Assembly (NCBI GenBank): GCA_002773335.1
Contig: PFBH01000014.1
Span: 8,023-72,022 of the forward strand
Length of the DNA: 64,000 nucleotides
Reading direction: 5' to 3'
Source of the DNA: Candidatus Kaiserbacteria bacterium CG10_big_fil_rev_8_21_14_0_10_45_20
GTDB lineage: Bacteria; Patescibacteriota; Minisyncoccia; Phycocordibacterales; Phycocordibacteraceae
The notes under the pieces were generated by a model. The model did not search any database, was not told where the DNA came from, and saw only the letters and a program-made list of their open reading frames with translations. The stretch's first letter is position 1; each line of letters opens with the position of its first letter. Made by a program: the position numbers and the translations under genes. Shown one piece after another: positions 10,283 to 19,554 of this stretch.

Positions 10283-10679
10283 CAGCTTTTATTTTTTGCG
10301 CAAGCTCTGTTGCACGACCTTTTTCGTAGGATCCTTGTGGCCACAGTACCAGAGCATCGTCTCCAAAACGAGGAATTAAGTGTATGTGAAAGTGAAAAAC
10401 AGTTTGCCCTGCCTCCGGTTCACTGTTGCACTGTACATTCACACCCTTTGCACCCAGAGACGTTTGTAGGGAGCGTGCAATTTTTTGTGCCACCAGAAAG
10501 AGATGCTGGAGAGTTGCTTCGTCTGTATCAAAAAAATTACGAGACCATTTTTTTGGTATGACGAGTGTGTGACCTTCTGTTACTGGCGCAATATCTAAAA
10601 ACGCTAATGCGATGTCGTCTTCGTACACAATGTCTGCAGAAACTTCTCGCGAAATAATTTTTGAGAAAATAGTATCCAT
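10272..10679 (-). CDS. HIT family nucleotide hydrolase
   Basis: MDTIFSKII, AFLDIAP, GHTLVIPK, AGQTVFHFHIHLIPR histidine triad; start placed at ATG 10679. Confidence 0.93.
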   Translation of the reverse strand: MDTIFSKIISREVSADIVYEDDIALAFLDIAPVTEGHTLVIPKKWSRNFFDTDEATLQHLFLVAQKIARSLQTSLGAKGVNVQCNSEPEAGQTVFHFHIHLIPRFGDDALVLWPQGSYEKGRATELAQKIKAAIH

Positions 10680-10704
10680 ACGTAAATATGATAGCATTTG
10701 GTAG

Positions 10705-12360
10705 ATGCACAATCTCCACCCCGTAGCGAAAAGTATTTTAGAGGCACGCAGTATTGAAGACGTAGAGGGCTTCATTAACCTCGAGTATGACAAGCGCCCA
10801 GATCCGTTTCTGCTTACCGATATGGATGTTGCTGTGTCGCGCATACTGCAGGCAATACACAGTAATGAAAAAATTTGTGCGTGGACAGACTACGACTGTG
10901 ATGGCATTCCCGCCGGAGCGCTCCTCTCGGATTTTTTTGAAATGATTCATTACCCCCTCCGTTCGTACATACCTGAACGGAGCGAAGGGTACGCACTCAA
11001 CGAGCAAGGTATACAGAAATTAAAAGACGAAGGCGTTTCACTCATTATCACTGCCGACGCCGGCATTACCAGTAATAAAGAAGTGGCGTTTGCGCAGTCA
11101 TTAGGAATTGACGTCATTGTGACTGATCACCACCTCCCGAGCGAGACGCTCCCGCCGGCAGTCGCGATCATTAACCCGCATCGTGCAGACGACACGTACC
11201 CATTCAAAGACCTCTGTGGAACAGGGGTTGCCTTTAAGCTCGTTGAAGCACTCCTCTCAAAAGGAAGCTTTGACGTTGTTGCCGGAAACGAGAAGTGGTT
11301 GCTCGATTTGGTTGCACTCGCAACGGTTGCCGATATGGTCTCTCTGACAGGCGAAAATAGAACACTCGTTTCTTACGGGTTGCTCGTTGCAAGAAAAGGA
11401 AGAAGAAAGGGAATGCGGGTACTGTTAGAAAAAATGCGCGTTCCATACCGTACTATCACTGAAGATGATTTTGCTTTTTCCATTGCTCCTAAAATAAACG
11501 CGTCATCAAGAATGGAGAGTCCGCTCTTGGGTCTTGAACTGTTAACCACGACGAGCACTGAACGCGCAAATGAGTTGGCAAAACATTTAGTTAATTTAAA
11601 TAATGCTCGAAAGCTTGAGGGTGCGAGAGTTTCAAAAGAAGTAAAGAAAAGGTTAGACGGGTCTCAGTTATCACGGGTCATTGTTATGGGTCGGTCTTCT
11701 TGGAACCCCGCGCTCCTTGGTATTGCAGCGACGGGTATTGTTGAGATGTACGAGCGACCTGTGTGCCTGTGGGGTAAGGACGGAAGTTTAATAAAGGGGT
11801 CGTGTCGTTCCGATGGAACGGTAAACATTGTTTCGTTAATGAAAGAGGCAGAAGATTTGTTTGAAGATTTTGGTGGGCACGAGCTGTCCGGTGGATTTTC
11901 TTTAAAAGAAGGGGCGATACACCAACTGCCGGAGGCACTGGAGAAAGCGTACGCGTCGGTAACATCAGGAGAAAAAAAAGATGAACCAATGCAGATTGAC
12001 GGAACGTTAACGCTCTCTGAAGTGGGAAAGTCTTTGTACACATCTCTGCGACATCTCGCTCCCTTTGGTGTGGAAAACCCAAAACCTATCTTTCAATTTT
12101 CTAACGTACGAGTAGAGAGGGTGCTCTATTTTGGAAAACATAAAGAACATACGCGCGTTACCATTAGTGACGATACCGGCAGGGCAATTGACGCAATTGT
12201 GTTTTTTAGCGACAGGTCGTCTTTTAAAAACGAGCTCGCGTTGCTGTCAAAAGGGGACAGGGTAAGCGTCTGTGCGTGCGTGGAAGAGTCTTCGTTTGGC
12301 AACAAAACCGAGCTCCGTTTGCGAATTGAAAATATAGAAATTAAAACTACGGTACAATAA
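10705..12360 (+). CDS. recJ: Single-stranded DNA exonuclease RecJ
   Basis: DYDCDG, ITADAG, TDHH (DHH motif), ATVADMV, GSCRS, FGGH, PFGVENPKP. Confidence 0.95.
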   Translation: MHNLHPVAKSILEARSIEDVEGFINLEYDKRPDPFLLTDMDVAVSRILQAIHSNEKICAWTDYDCDGIPAGALLSDFFEMIHYPLRSYIPERSEGYALNEQGIQKLKDEGVSLIITADAGITSNKEVAFAQSLGIDVIVTDHHLPSETLPPAVAIINPHRADDTYPFKDLCGTGVAFKLVEALLSKGSFDVVAGNEKWLLDLVALATVADMVSLTGENRTLVSYGLLVARKGRRKGMRVLLEKMRVPYRTITEDDFAFSIAPKINASSRMESPLLGLELLTTTSTERANELAKHLVNLNNARKLEGARVSKEVKKRLDGSQLSRVIVMGRSSWNPALLGIAATGIVEMYERPVCLWGKDGSLIKGSCRSDGTVNIVSLMKEAEDLFEDFGGHELSGGFSLKEGAIHQLPEALEKAYASVTSGEKKDEPMQIDGTLTLSEVGKSLYTSLRHLAPFGVENPKPIFQFSNVRVERVLYFGKHKEHTRVTISDDTGRAIDAIVFFSDRSSFKNELALLSKGDRVSVCACVEESSFGNKTELRLRIENIEIKTTVQ

Positions 12361-12365
12361 CCGCA

Positions 12366-12779
12366 ATGACAATTCGTGTTTTTACTGATGGAGGTGCGCG
12401 AGGCAACCCCGGACCTGCCGGCGCAGGAGCAATTATTTACAACAATGACACAGTGGTGGGGACTGTATCTGAGTATTTAGGACGACAAACAAACAATGTC
12501 GCCGAATACGAAGCGCTTATTTTGGCGCTTACAAAGGCACGAGAGCTACACAAGAATATTTCAGACGAAGAGGTACATGTTTTTATGGACTCTGAACTTA
12601 TTGTGAAGCAGATGAAAAAAGAGTACAAAGTGAAAGACGCAAAACTAAAACAGCAGTATGCGAAGGTAGAGAGCATTATTGCCGAATCGTTTCCTTCTAT
12701 TTCGTTTATGCATATACGGCGAGAGCAAAACGTTGAGGCCGATGCACTGGCAAACGACGCGATGGATAGGGGGGTGTAA
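12366..12779 (+). CDS. rnhA: Ribonuclease HI
   Basis: FTDGGARGNPGPAG, TNNVAEYEA, DSELIVKQ, REQNVEADALAN. Confidence 0.93.
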   Translation: MTIRVFTDGGARGNPGPAGAGAIIYNNDTVVGTVSEYLGRQTNNVAEYEALILALTKARELHKNISDEEVHVFMDSELIVKQMKKEYKVKDAKLKQQYAKVESIIAESFPSISFMHIRREQNVEADALANDAMDRGV

Positions 12780-12794
12780 CGTAATGTAAAGACA

Positions 12795-14174
12795 GTGAAG
12801 GAGAAACATTTCTTTGAGCAACTATTTGGAAAAGAAAATGTTCTTATAACGATTTGCATTGCAATTATTGCCGGAGTCGGCGTCTGGTCGTTGTTTATTG
12901 AAACGCCGTCACTCCCTTCGTTTGAAAGGTATGAAGGTTCGCGGGTGATTATAGGGGGAGTGGTTTCTCGGGACCCCGAACACAAAGAGCACTCTTTGCG
13001 TTTAGTGGTTACCGTGCACGAACTTAATAGCGAAACACTTCAAAACGAGAAAACAAACGTTACTGTATCAACAGATAGGTTTTTAGATATACACTACGGA
13101 GACAGGGTTCGTGTGACAGGTGTGTTGCGTTCTCCTGAAGCGTTTGAAACAGAATCAGGAAGAACGTTTAATTACCCACGCTACTTGCTGGCGCACCGTA
13201 TTACACATTCAATTTCTTTTGCCGAGACAGAAGTGTTCGAGTCCGGCAAAGGAAATGTTTTTGTCGCGTCACTGCTTTCGGTAAAGCACACATTGCTGAG
13301 AGGGATGCAAAAAGCGCTTCCTGAACCGGAAGGAGCGCTCCTTGCAGGGCTATTGTTAGGAGAAAAGCAGTCTCTCGGAGACACCATTACTGATGCGTTT
13401 AGAAACTCGGGGGTCGTACACATTATTGTTCTTTCGGGGTATAACGTCGCACTGGTAATTAACTCTGTTTTGTTTGTCGCAGTACGAATATTTCCGCGCC
13501 TTGTTGCGTACAGCTTTGCCGGAGTTTTTGTTTTGGGGTTTGCGGTAATGACAGGAGGGTCAGAAACTACCGTACGAGCAACCATTATGGCAATACTGAT
13601 GATGATAGCGACAGTACTGCACCGCCCCTCTGTTGCACTGCGCGCCTTAGCTGTAGCAGGAGCAAGTATGGCAGTGTGGAACCCCCTGCTTGTTTTGTAC
13701 GACCTCTCGTATCAGCTTTCAATGGTGGCAACGCTAGGTCTCATTATATTTTCACCATACATTCAATCTAAAATTCGGTTTGTGCCGGCATCGTTTGGGT
13801 TGAGAGAGATTGTTGCAACGACGCTCGCGACACAAATTACAGTACTCCCGATTCTTATCCTTTCAATAGGGGTGGTGTCGCTAGTTTTTTTGCCGGCCAA
13901 TGTTCTAGTTTTGCCACTGGTTCCCATAGCTATGTTTGTGGGGTTTGTTGCCTCGGTTGTGGCGTTAGCCTCTCCGCTCGTCGCCCTCCCTTTTTCAGCT
14001 TTGGCGTACGTGCTCCTCAAGGGCATTATCGCAACAGCATTATTTTTTGGATCTCTACCACTCTCAACTCTTGTTATTCCTCCGCAGTGGTTATGGGTAT
14101 CACTTGCCGTTCTGGTGGTTGCATACGTTTTTGTGTGGTGGTACGTAAGACGGTTTCTTACGAGCGGTGTTTAG
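12795..14174 (+). CDS. comEC: ComEC/Rec2 competence channel, membrane part (OB + Competence domains)
   Basis: HIIVLSGYNV, RATIMA, SYQLSMVAT, many TM helices; no MBL domain. Confidence 0.88.
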   Translation: MKEKHFFEQLFGKENVLITICIAIIAGVGVWSLFIETPSLPSFERYEGSRVIIGGVVSRDPEHKEHSLRLVVTVHELNSETLQNEKTNVTVSTDRFLDIHYGDRVRVTGVLRSPEAFETESGRTFNYPRYLLAHRITHSISFAETEVFESGKGNVFVASLLSVKHTLLRGMQKALPEPEGALLAGLLLGEKQSLGDTITDAFRNSGVVHIIVLSGYNVALVINSVLFVAVRIFPRLVAYSFAGVFVLGFAVMTGGSETTVRATIMAILMMIATVLHRPSVALRALAVAGASMAVWNPLLVLYDLSYQLSMVATLGLIIFSPYIQSKIRFVPASFGLREIVATTLATQITVLPILILSIGVVSLVFLPANVLVLPLVPIAMFVGFVASVVALASPLVALPFSALAYVLLKGIIATALFFGSLPLSTLVIPPQWLWVSLAVLVVAYVFVWWYVRRFLTSGV

Positions 14175-14749
14175 GAAACGCGGTTTTCTATCACAGACCA
14201 ATTGAGGTTATTAAAAAAAGCTTCGACGTACTCGTTTTTCTTTGCGGGGCGATAGTCAACCATAAACGCATGCTCCCACATATCGAGCGCCAAAATTACT
14301 TTTGCTCCACCCAACTGCCCAAGCTCGTGATCTGAGACCCACACTGTTTGGAGCGAATCTGCTGTTTCGTCTAAAGAGACTACTACCCACCCAATACCCC
14401 GGCTTCCGGCAACCTCTTTTATATGCGCTATAAAGTTGTCCCACGAACCGTACTTTTTTTCTGCGTGCTTTTGTAAAAGTGAGTCTGCTGTCGGGTTTTG
14501 TGGACCCCCTTCAAATTGCGTAAAGTAGTATTCGTGCATTCGGGCTCCGTTCCACTCGAAAGAAAACCTCCGTCGAAGTTCGTTAATGACGTACTGGTTT
14601 GCTCCCTGCTCTTTTAATTTTTCTAATTCTTCGGATATAACATTCATATGTTTTACGTATCCTTCGTACAGAGCAAGGTGCACGGATACCTGCTCTTCTG
14701 ATAATCCTTCCAGTGTCGGAAGGGTAAATGTTTTTGCTGTATATGTCAT
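14171..14749 (-). CDS. Fe/Mn superoxide dismutase
   Basis: HLALYEGYV, MHEYYF, GIGWVV, LALDMWEHAF, NLNWSVI. Confidence 0.92.
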   Translation of the reverse strand: MTYTAKTFTLPTLEGLSEEQVSVHLALYEGYVKHMNVISEELEKLKEQGANQYVINELRRRFSFEWNGARMHEYYFTQFEGGPQNPTADSLLQKHAEKKYGSWDNFIAHIKEVAGSRGIGWVVVSLDETADSLQTVWVSDHELGQLGGAKVILALDMWEHAFMVDYRPAKKNEYVEAFFNNLNWSVIENRVS

Positions 14750-14787
14750 TTCACTATAGTACCAAATGATGTGCGAAAATACTCTCA

Positions 14788-15615
14788 GTGATTCGGTTAG
14801 CCATACTCGGAGCCTTTCTTGTAAGCACCGCTATTGCCGGGGTGTTTGCGTTTCCTACAAGCCACCTTTCGGTGTCGTTTTTAGATGTCGGGCAGGGTGA
14901 TGCCATACTTATTCAAGGCCCAACGGGGGTGCAGGTATTAGTTGACGGAGGGGTGAATCAAGCGGTTTTGCGTCAGCTTGGTAGAGAATTACCGTTCTAC
15001 GATAGAAGTATTGATGCGGTTATTGCCACACACTCTGACCAAGATCACATTGGGGGACTGCGAGACGTCGTTGAAAGGTACTCGGTAGAGTATTTTTTTG
15101 AATCGGGGGCACAGAGCAACACATCTGCAGAAAGGGTGCTTCATACTGCTTTGGAAAAGAAAGGCGTTTCTCGTACTCTGGCTCGAAAGGGGATGCGAAT
15201 GCTTCTTGGCGGTGGTGCGTACATTGATATTCTGTTTCCTGACAGAGATGTGTCTGGATTAGAAACAAACACCGCCTCAATCGTTGCTCGGGTTGTATAT
15301 GGAGATGCAGAGTTTTTACTTACCGGAGACTCTCCGCAAAGTATTGAAAGGTTTTTAGTTGCCAGTGTTGGCGACACCCTAGAGAGTGATGTATTAAAGG
15401 CGGGGCACCATGGCTCTAAAACGTCGTCTTCTTTAGAATTTGTCCGTACGGTACGCCCTCAGTATGTGGTTATTTCTGCGGGAAAAGATAATTCGTACGG
15501 ACACCCCCACCAAGAGGTTATAGATACCATACGTTCTGTTGGCGCAACTATACTGGGGACGCACACACATGGAACCGTCAAATTTTTTTCTGATGGACGT
15601 CGTGTGTGGCGTTGA
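14788..15615 (+). CDS. ComEC-type metallo-beta-lactamase fold protein (stand-alone C-terminal ComEC domain)
   Basis: FLDVGQGDA, THSDQDHIGG, LLTGD, KAGHHGSKTSS, ISAGKDNSYGHPH. Confidence 0.9.
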   Translation: MIRLAILGAFLVSTAIAGVFAFPTSHLSVSFLDVGQGDAILIQGPTGVQVLVDGGVNQAVLRQLGRELPFYDRSIDAVIATHSDQDHIGGLRDVVERYSVEYFFESGAQSNTSAERVLHTALEKKGVSRTLARKGMRMLLGGGAYIDILFPDRDVSGLETNTASIVARVVYGDAEFLLTGDSPQSIERFLVASVGDTLESDVLKAGHHGSKTSSSLEFVRTVRPQYVVISAGKDNSYGHPHQEVIDTIRSVGATILGTHTHGTVKFFSDGRRVWR

Positions 15616-15627
15616 TAGACTGTGCGT

Positions 15628-15807
15628 ATGTTTGGAATAAAAAAAGAAAGACCGTACGATGGAAAAATTAATTTTTGCTTTGTTCATCGTGAAGGGGGTC
15701 CTAAAGGTACACTTACCGCTACATGGTGGGACACCAGAGACTTAACGCGTAAGTGGGGTGGAAAAATAAGGACGACATCATCGCGTTCGGCTTATTTTAA
15801 TAATTAA
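15628..15807 (+). CDS. Possible small hypothetical protein
   Basis: Fills the gap between the MBL gene and the rpmB terminator; no motif. Confidence 0.3.
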   Translation: MFGIKKERPYDGKINFCFVHREGGPKGTLTATWWDTRDLTRKWGGKIRTTSSRSAYFNN

Positions 15808-15833
15808 ACATCCCTCCATACTGAGGGATGTTA
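15808..15833. terminator. Hairpin between convergent genes, overlapping the rpmB stop
   Basis: AACATCCCTC-CATACT-GAGGGATGTT. Confidence 0.55.
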
Positions 15834-16073
15834 CACAACACCTGCTTTTTTGAGTGTTTTGTACGCTCCGCGCTTTGCAATTGTCTTCATTGCTTTTGTA
15901 GAAACAGTAACGGTAACGTGCTTATCAAGTTCGGGGACGTACACCTTCTTTTTGTGGAGGTTTGCTTTCTTGCGAGAAGTACCACACGGATTAAACTGTG
16001 TCGCACGAGTACGGTTTGAGTACTTTCCTCCCATTTGAGAGGTCTTGCCTGTTACTGCGCATTGCTTTGCCAT
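15831..16073 (-). CDS. rpmB: 50S ribosomal protein L28
   Basis: MAKQCAVTGK...RKKANLHKKKVYVPE...VSTKAMKTI. Confidence 0.9.
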   Translation of the reverse strand: MAKQCAVTGKTSQMGGKYSNRTRATQFNPCGTSRKKANLHKKKVYVPELDKHVTVTVSTKAMKTIAKRGAYKTLKKAGVV

Positions 16074-16148
16074 AGTGAACGTGAGTATAAATGATATTGC
16101 TTAAAGTATCAAGCCCAACAAAAAGACTTATTGGTATGTGAGTAGGTG

Positions 16149-16874
16149 TTATTTTGATTTTTCCAAATACAGGGTAATGGTTCGGCGCTTCCAAGCAGAG
16201 CCGTCTTTTTTAGTATGTTTGTGCGATTTTTCAACTTTATGTACGGCAAAGTGTGTTTCAAAAAAAGATACAGCCCCCTCTTCTGTCCATACATACTCTG
16301 GAATGCCGATTTCAGGGTGAATGTACATACCTTTTTCAGGTCCCGGATGCTCTTGGAGTAGGCGATGTGCGTTTTGGTCTTCTTCAAGGAGAAACGATTT
16401 AAAGAAGAGCCACCCGCCCGGCTTGAGTACCCGATACACCTCTTCTTTTAATTGTTCGCGCTCTGCCTTACGAAGGACGTGTGATGACATCATATCCAGC
16501 GCTATGGTTATTGAAGAGTCCGGAAGGGGGATGGTTTCGGCGAGTGAGTGTACAAAAAACTCTACGGGCAAATCACCCGAAGCCTTTTGCGCCTCTTGTA
16601 TGGCAACCTCTGAAGTGTCGTACCCAACCCCACGCATACCAAAGTCGGAGGCAAGAAACAGGAGGTTTCTTCCGTTACCACACCCAAGATCAACCGCCTT
16701 TGTGGTCACGTTCAGGTGAACCTTTCCATGGTGGCGCATTAAAAATCGAGTGAACTTTTTTAAATCTTCAGAAGGTTCTGTTGAAAGTGCAAGGTGAGCG
16801 TCTTGACCGCCAATGCCACCCCTTCTTTTAGCGTACTCTTTGTTCCAAAAGTCTTTGTGTTTCTTTTTTGCCAT
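16149..16874 (-). CDS. Class I SAM-dependent methyltransferase
   Basis: VDLGCGNGRN, GYDTS, RVLKPGG. Confidence 0.88.
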   Translation of the reverse strand: MAKKKHKDFWNKEYAKRRGGIGGQDAHLALSTEPSEDLKKFTRFLMRHHGKVHLNVTTKAVDLGCGNGRNLLFLASDFGMRGVGYDTSEVAIQEAQKASGDLPVEFFVHSLAETIPLPDSSITIALDMMSSHVLRKAEREQLKEEVYRVLKPGGWLFFKSFLLEEDQNAHRLLQEHPGPEKGMYIHPEIGIPEYVWTEEGAVSFFETHFAVHKVEKSHKHTKKDGSAWKRRTITLYLEKSK

Positions 16875-16879
16875 ACTTT

Positions 16880-16957
16880 TAGCTGTTAGGAGGATTAGGG
16901 TATTAGGATGTTAGCCTTTTGGTCGTGTTTTTAAGCTAACCTCCTAATCATCCTAAG
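16880..16957. repeat. Degenerate ~9-nt periodic TTAGG repeats facing their inverted CCTAA copies
   Basis: TGTTAGGAGGATTAGGGTATTAGGATGTTAGC ... GCTAACCTCCTAATCATCCTAA. Confidence 0.6.
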
Positions 16958-17702
16958 GCCTATTTTGCTTGTTATTTGTTTTGGCCCATTCATAAAATAC
17001 GATTGCCGCCGAGACAGAGGCATTGAGTGACTCAACATTTTCAGAAATAGGAACCTTAAGAAGTACGTCGCAGTTCTCTTCGGTCTTTTCTCGTATGCCT
17101 TTTCCTTCGTTGCCAATAACAAATACACTCGGCTCGTCAAACACTTCTTGATCCAGTATTTTTGTTGCTTCCCCGGCAAGTCCGTATGTCCAAAACCCGC
17201 TTGTCTTGAGGCGCTCAAGCGTTCTGTTTACGTTCCCGATCTCTACGAGTGGGATACGAAATGCCATACCTGCTGATGCTTTGATTACCGATCCGGTAAT
17301 GGGTACCTGTCGGTGTTCAGGAATAAGAACTCCGCTTATACCAAACGCTGTCGCAGAGCGAATAATCGCGCCAACATTGTGAGGGTCGTGCAGTTCTCCC
17401 AACAGTACCAACGCGGGCTTTTTTGAAAGATCAAGAGAAGAGAGAAAGTCTTCAAGGGGGGTGACGAGCTTGTTTATCTGTATAAACGCGGCGACTCGCT
17501 GATGCACAGCATCTTTTCCTATATATCGCGTAAGATCTTTCATTGAAAACTGCGTACGCGTTACCTTTTTCTTTTCTACCAAGGCGTACACCTCTGGGTT
17601 GGTGTCAGAGTCAACGAACACACGGTCTATGATGTGAGGTGCGTATCGTAAGGCTTCTTCTACGGGATGTTTTCCGTATATACAAACAATATCGTTTTTC
17701 AT
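16953..17702 (-). CDS. rlmB: 23S rRNA Gm2251 methyltransferase RlmB (TrmH/SpoU family)
   Basis: YGKHPV, HQRV, DPHNVGAIIRSA, KASAG, IGNEGKGIR, ESLNASVSA. Confidence 0.88.
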   Translation of the reverse strand: MKNDIVCIYGKHPVEEALRYAPHIIDRVFVDSDTNPEVYALVEKKKVTRTQFSMKDLTRYIGKDAVHQRVAAFIQINKLVTPLEDFLSSLDLSKKPALVLLGELHDPHNVGAIIRSATAFGISGVLIPEHRQVPITGSVIKASAGMAFRIPLVEIGNVNRTLERLKTSGFWTYGLAGEATKILDQEVFDEPSVFVIGNEGKGIREKTEENCDVLLKVPISENVESLNASVSAAIVFYEWAKTNNKQNRP

Positions 17703-17747
17703 ACCCCTACTCTATACTTTATACTCAATACTGTATACTCTACTAAT

Positions 17748-18386
17748 ATGGAACCTACTATTTTTGTCCCCGTTATCGTTCTCGTTATATTTTCAATTAT
17801 CTTGCACGAAGTGGCACACGGATTTGTAGCACACCTTTTGGGTGACCCTACCGCGCGCCTTGCAGGGCGCCTTACCTTAAACCCAATTCCACACTTAGAC
17901 CCTATCGGATCAATTTTGTTGCCCGGAATCCTCGCGCTTTCACAAACACCGTTTCTTATTGGGTGGGCAAAACCGGTTCCGTATAACCCATACAATTTTA
18001 AAAACCAGCGATGGGGAGAAGCGCTGGTTTCGGCGGCCGGACCCGCCACAAACATTCTTATCGCTGTTGTTATCGCGATGGCAATGCGATTTGGTATGCT
18101 CACCAACCCTGAGCTGTTTCAGATTGGAGCCTTTGTTATTCTTGCAAATATTGTATTGGCAATCATTAACCTTATCCCTATACCGCCACTTGATGGGTCA
18201 AAGATTCTCCGGTCGCTTTTGCCGTATTCTATGAACAGTTTTTTTGTCCGTATAGAGACGCTCACGTACGCACTCGGCCCTTTTGGCCTTATTGCCGCCT
18301 TATTGCTGATTGTGTACGTATTTAACGATATTATCTTTGCTTTTGTGCGCGCGATCTTCTCTCTCCTTACGGGAATGGCACTGTAA
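17748..18386 (+). CDS. Site-2 protease (peptidase M50 family)
   Basis: HEVAHG, GRLTLNP, GWAKPVP, AAGP, NLIPIPPLDG; start placed at ATG 17748. Confidence 0.92.
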   Translation: MEPTIFVPVIVLVIFSIILHEVAHGFVAHLLGDPTARLAGRLTLNPIPHLDPIGSILLPGILALSQTPFLIGWAKPVPYNPYNFKNQRWGEALVSAAGPATNILIAVVIAMAMRFGMLTNPELFQIGAFVILANIVLAIINLIPIPPLDGSKILRSLLPYSMNSFFVRIETLTYALGPFGLIAALLLIVYVFNDIIFAFVRAIFSLLTGMAL

Positions 18387-18393
18387 GAACTAC

Positions 18394-18492
18394 AGTACGT
18401 TAGTAGTTAGTATATTGGTATATTGAGCTATGGAATATGATATTTGAGTATTGTTCTCAATACTGTATACAGAATACTAAATACCCTATACT
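18394..18492. repeat. Degenerate heptamer tandem repeats in inverted arrangement
   Basis: AGTACGT-TAGTAGT-TAGTATA-TTGGTAT... followed by AATACTG-TATACAG-AATACTA-AATACCC-TATACT; similar run at 17701-17745. Confidence 0.55.
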
Positions 18493-18576
18493 GTTTTACC
18501 CTTCCGCTCGCAACCATTGCGTTTTTGAGAGCTTTTGTATATAGTAAGACCTGCCCTCTGTGGGCGTTTTTAATTC

Positions 18577-18984
18577 ATGGCAACAATCAACCAATTGCGA
18601 AGAAAACCACGCCGTCCCCTTCAAAAGAAGATTAAAACGGTGGCTCTTTCTCGTGGTTTTAATACCATTAAAAACAAACCCACATTTTACCCTTCTCCAT
18701 TTAAGCGAGGCGTGTGCGTTAAGGTGACAACTAAAACACCTCGTAAACCAAACTCGGCTATCCGAAAAATTGCCCGTATTCGTCTTTCAAACCAACAAGA
18801 AGTAACCGCCTACATTCCTGCTGAGGGGCACAACCTTCAAGAGCACTCGGTGGTGGTTATCCGTGGTGGGCGAGTGAAAGACGTTTCGCTCCGCTACCAA
18901 GTGGTTCGCGGGCGACTTGACGCTGCAGGTGTTGAAAAGAGACGCCGTGGACGATCAAAATATGGCGCAAAACGACCTAAATAA
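18577..18984 (+). CDS. rpsL: 30S ribosomal protein S12
   Basis: [47 protein letters not shown]. Confidence 0.97.
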   Translation: MATINQLRRKPRRPLQKKIKTVALSRGFNTIKNKPTFYPSPFKRGVCVKVTTKTPRKPNSAIRKIARIRLSNQQEVTAYIPAEGHNLQEHSVVVIRGGRVKDVSLRYQVVRGRLDAAGVEKRRRGRSKYGAKRPK

Positions 18985-19000
18985 TTTTTAATATCGCATT

Positions 19001-19471
19001 ATGAGACGACCAATTAAAAGCAAGCACGACATTCTCCCTGACGAAAAGTACGATTCAGAGCTTTTGTCGCGATTTATAAATGCCATCATGCTTGATGGTA
19101 AAAAATCTACCGCCCGAACGGTGGTATACGATGCCCTTGATGAAATAAAAAACCGAGATAACACCGCAGATCCAATTGCTGTGTTTGAAATGGCAATACA
19201 AAATATCTCTCCGTCTGTTGAGGTACGCTCTCGACGAGTGGGAGGGGCTAACTACCAAGTGCCTCGCGAAGTTCGTGCCGAGCGCCGTCGCTCTCTCTCG
19301 TTTCGATGGATTATCGCTGCCGCGCGCGGGGCAAAAGGAAAGGCAATGTCTAAAAAACTTGCTGACGAGCTTGTTCTTGCATCTAAAAACGAAGGCTCGG
19401 CAATAAAGAAGAAAGAAGATGTCCACCGTATGGCAGAGTCAAACCGAGCGTTTGCCCACCTTGCGTGGTAG
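19001..19471 (+). CDS. rpsG: 30S ribosomal protein S7
   Basis: DGKKSTA, EVRSRRVGGANYQVP, HRMAESNRAFAH. Confidence 0.97.
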   Translation: MRRPIKSKHDILPDEKYDSELLSRFINAIMLDGKKSTARTVVYDALDEIKNRDNTADPIAVFEMAIQNISPSVEVRSRRVGGANYQVPREVRAERRRSLSFRWIIAAARGAKGKAMSKKLADELVLASKNEGSAIKKKEDVHRMAESNRAFAHLAW

Positions 19472-19554
19472 TTACAAAGCAATAGGCAGGTTCACGCTCG
19501 TTGTTTTTTTGTTTTATACTAATCATTAACCACTACTAATTAAGCACTATACCT

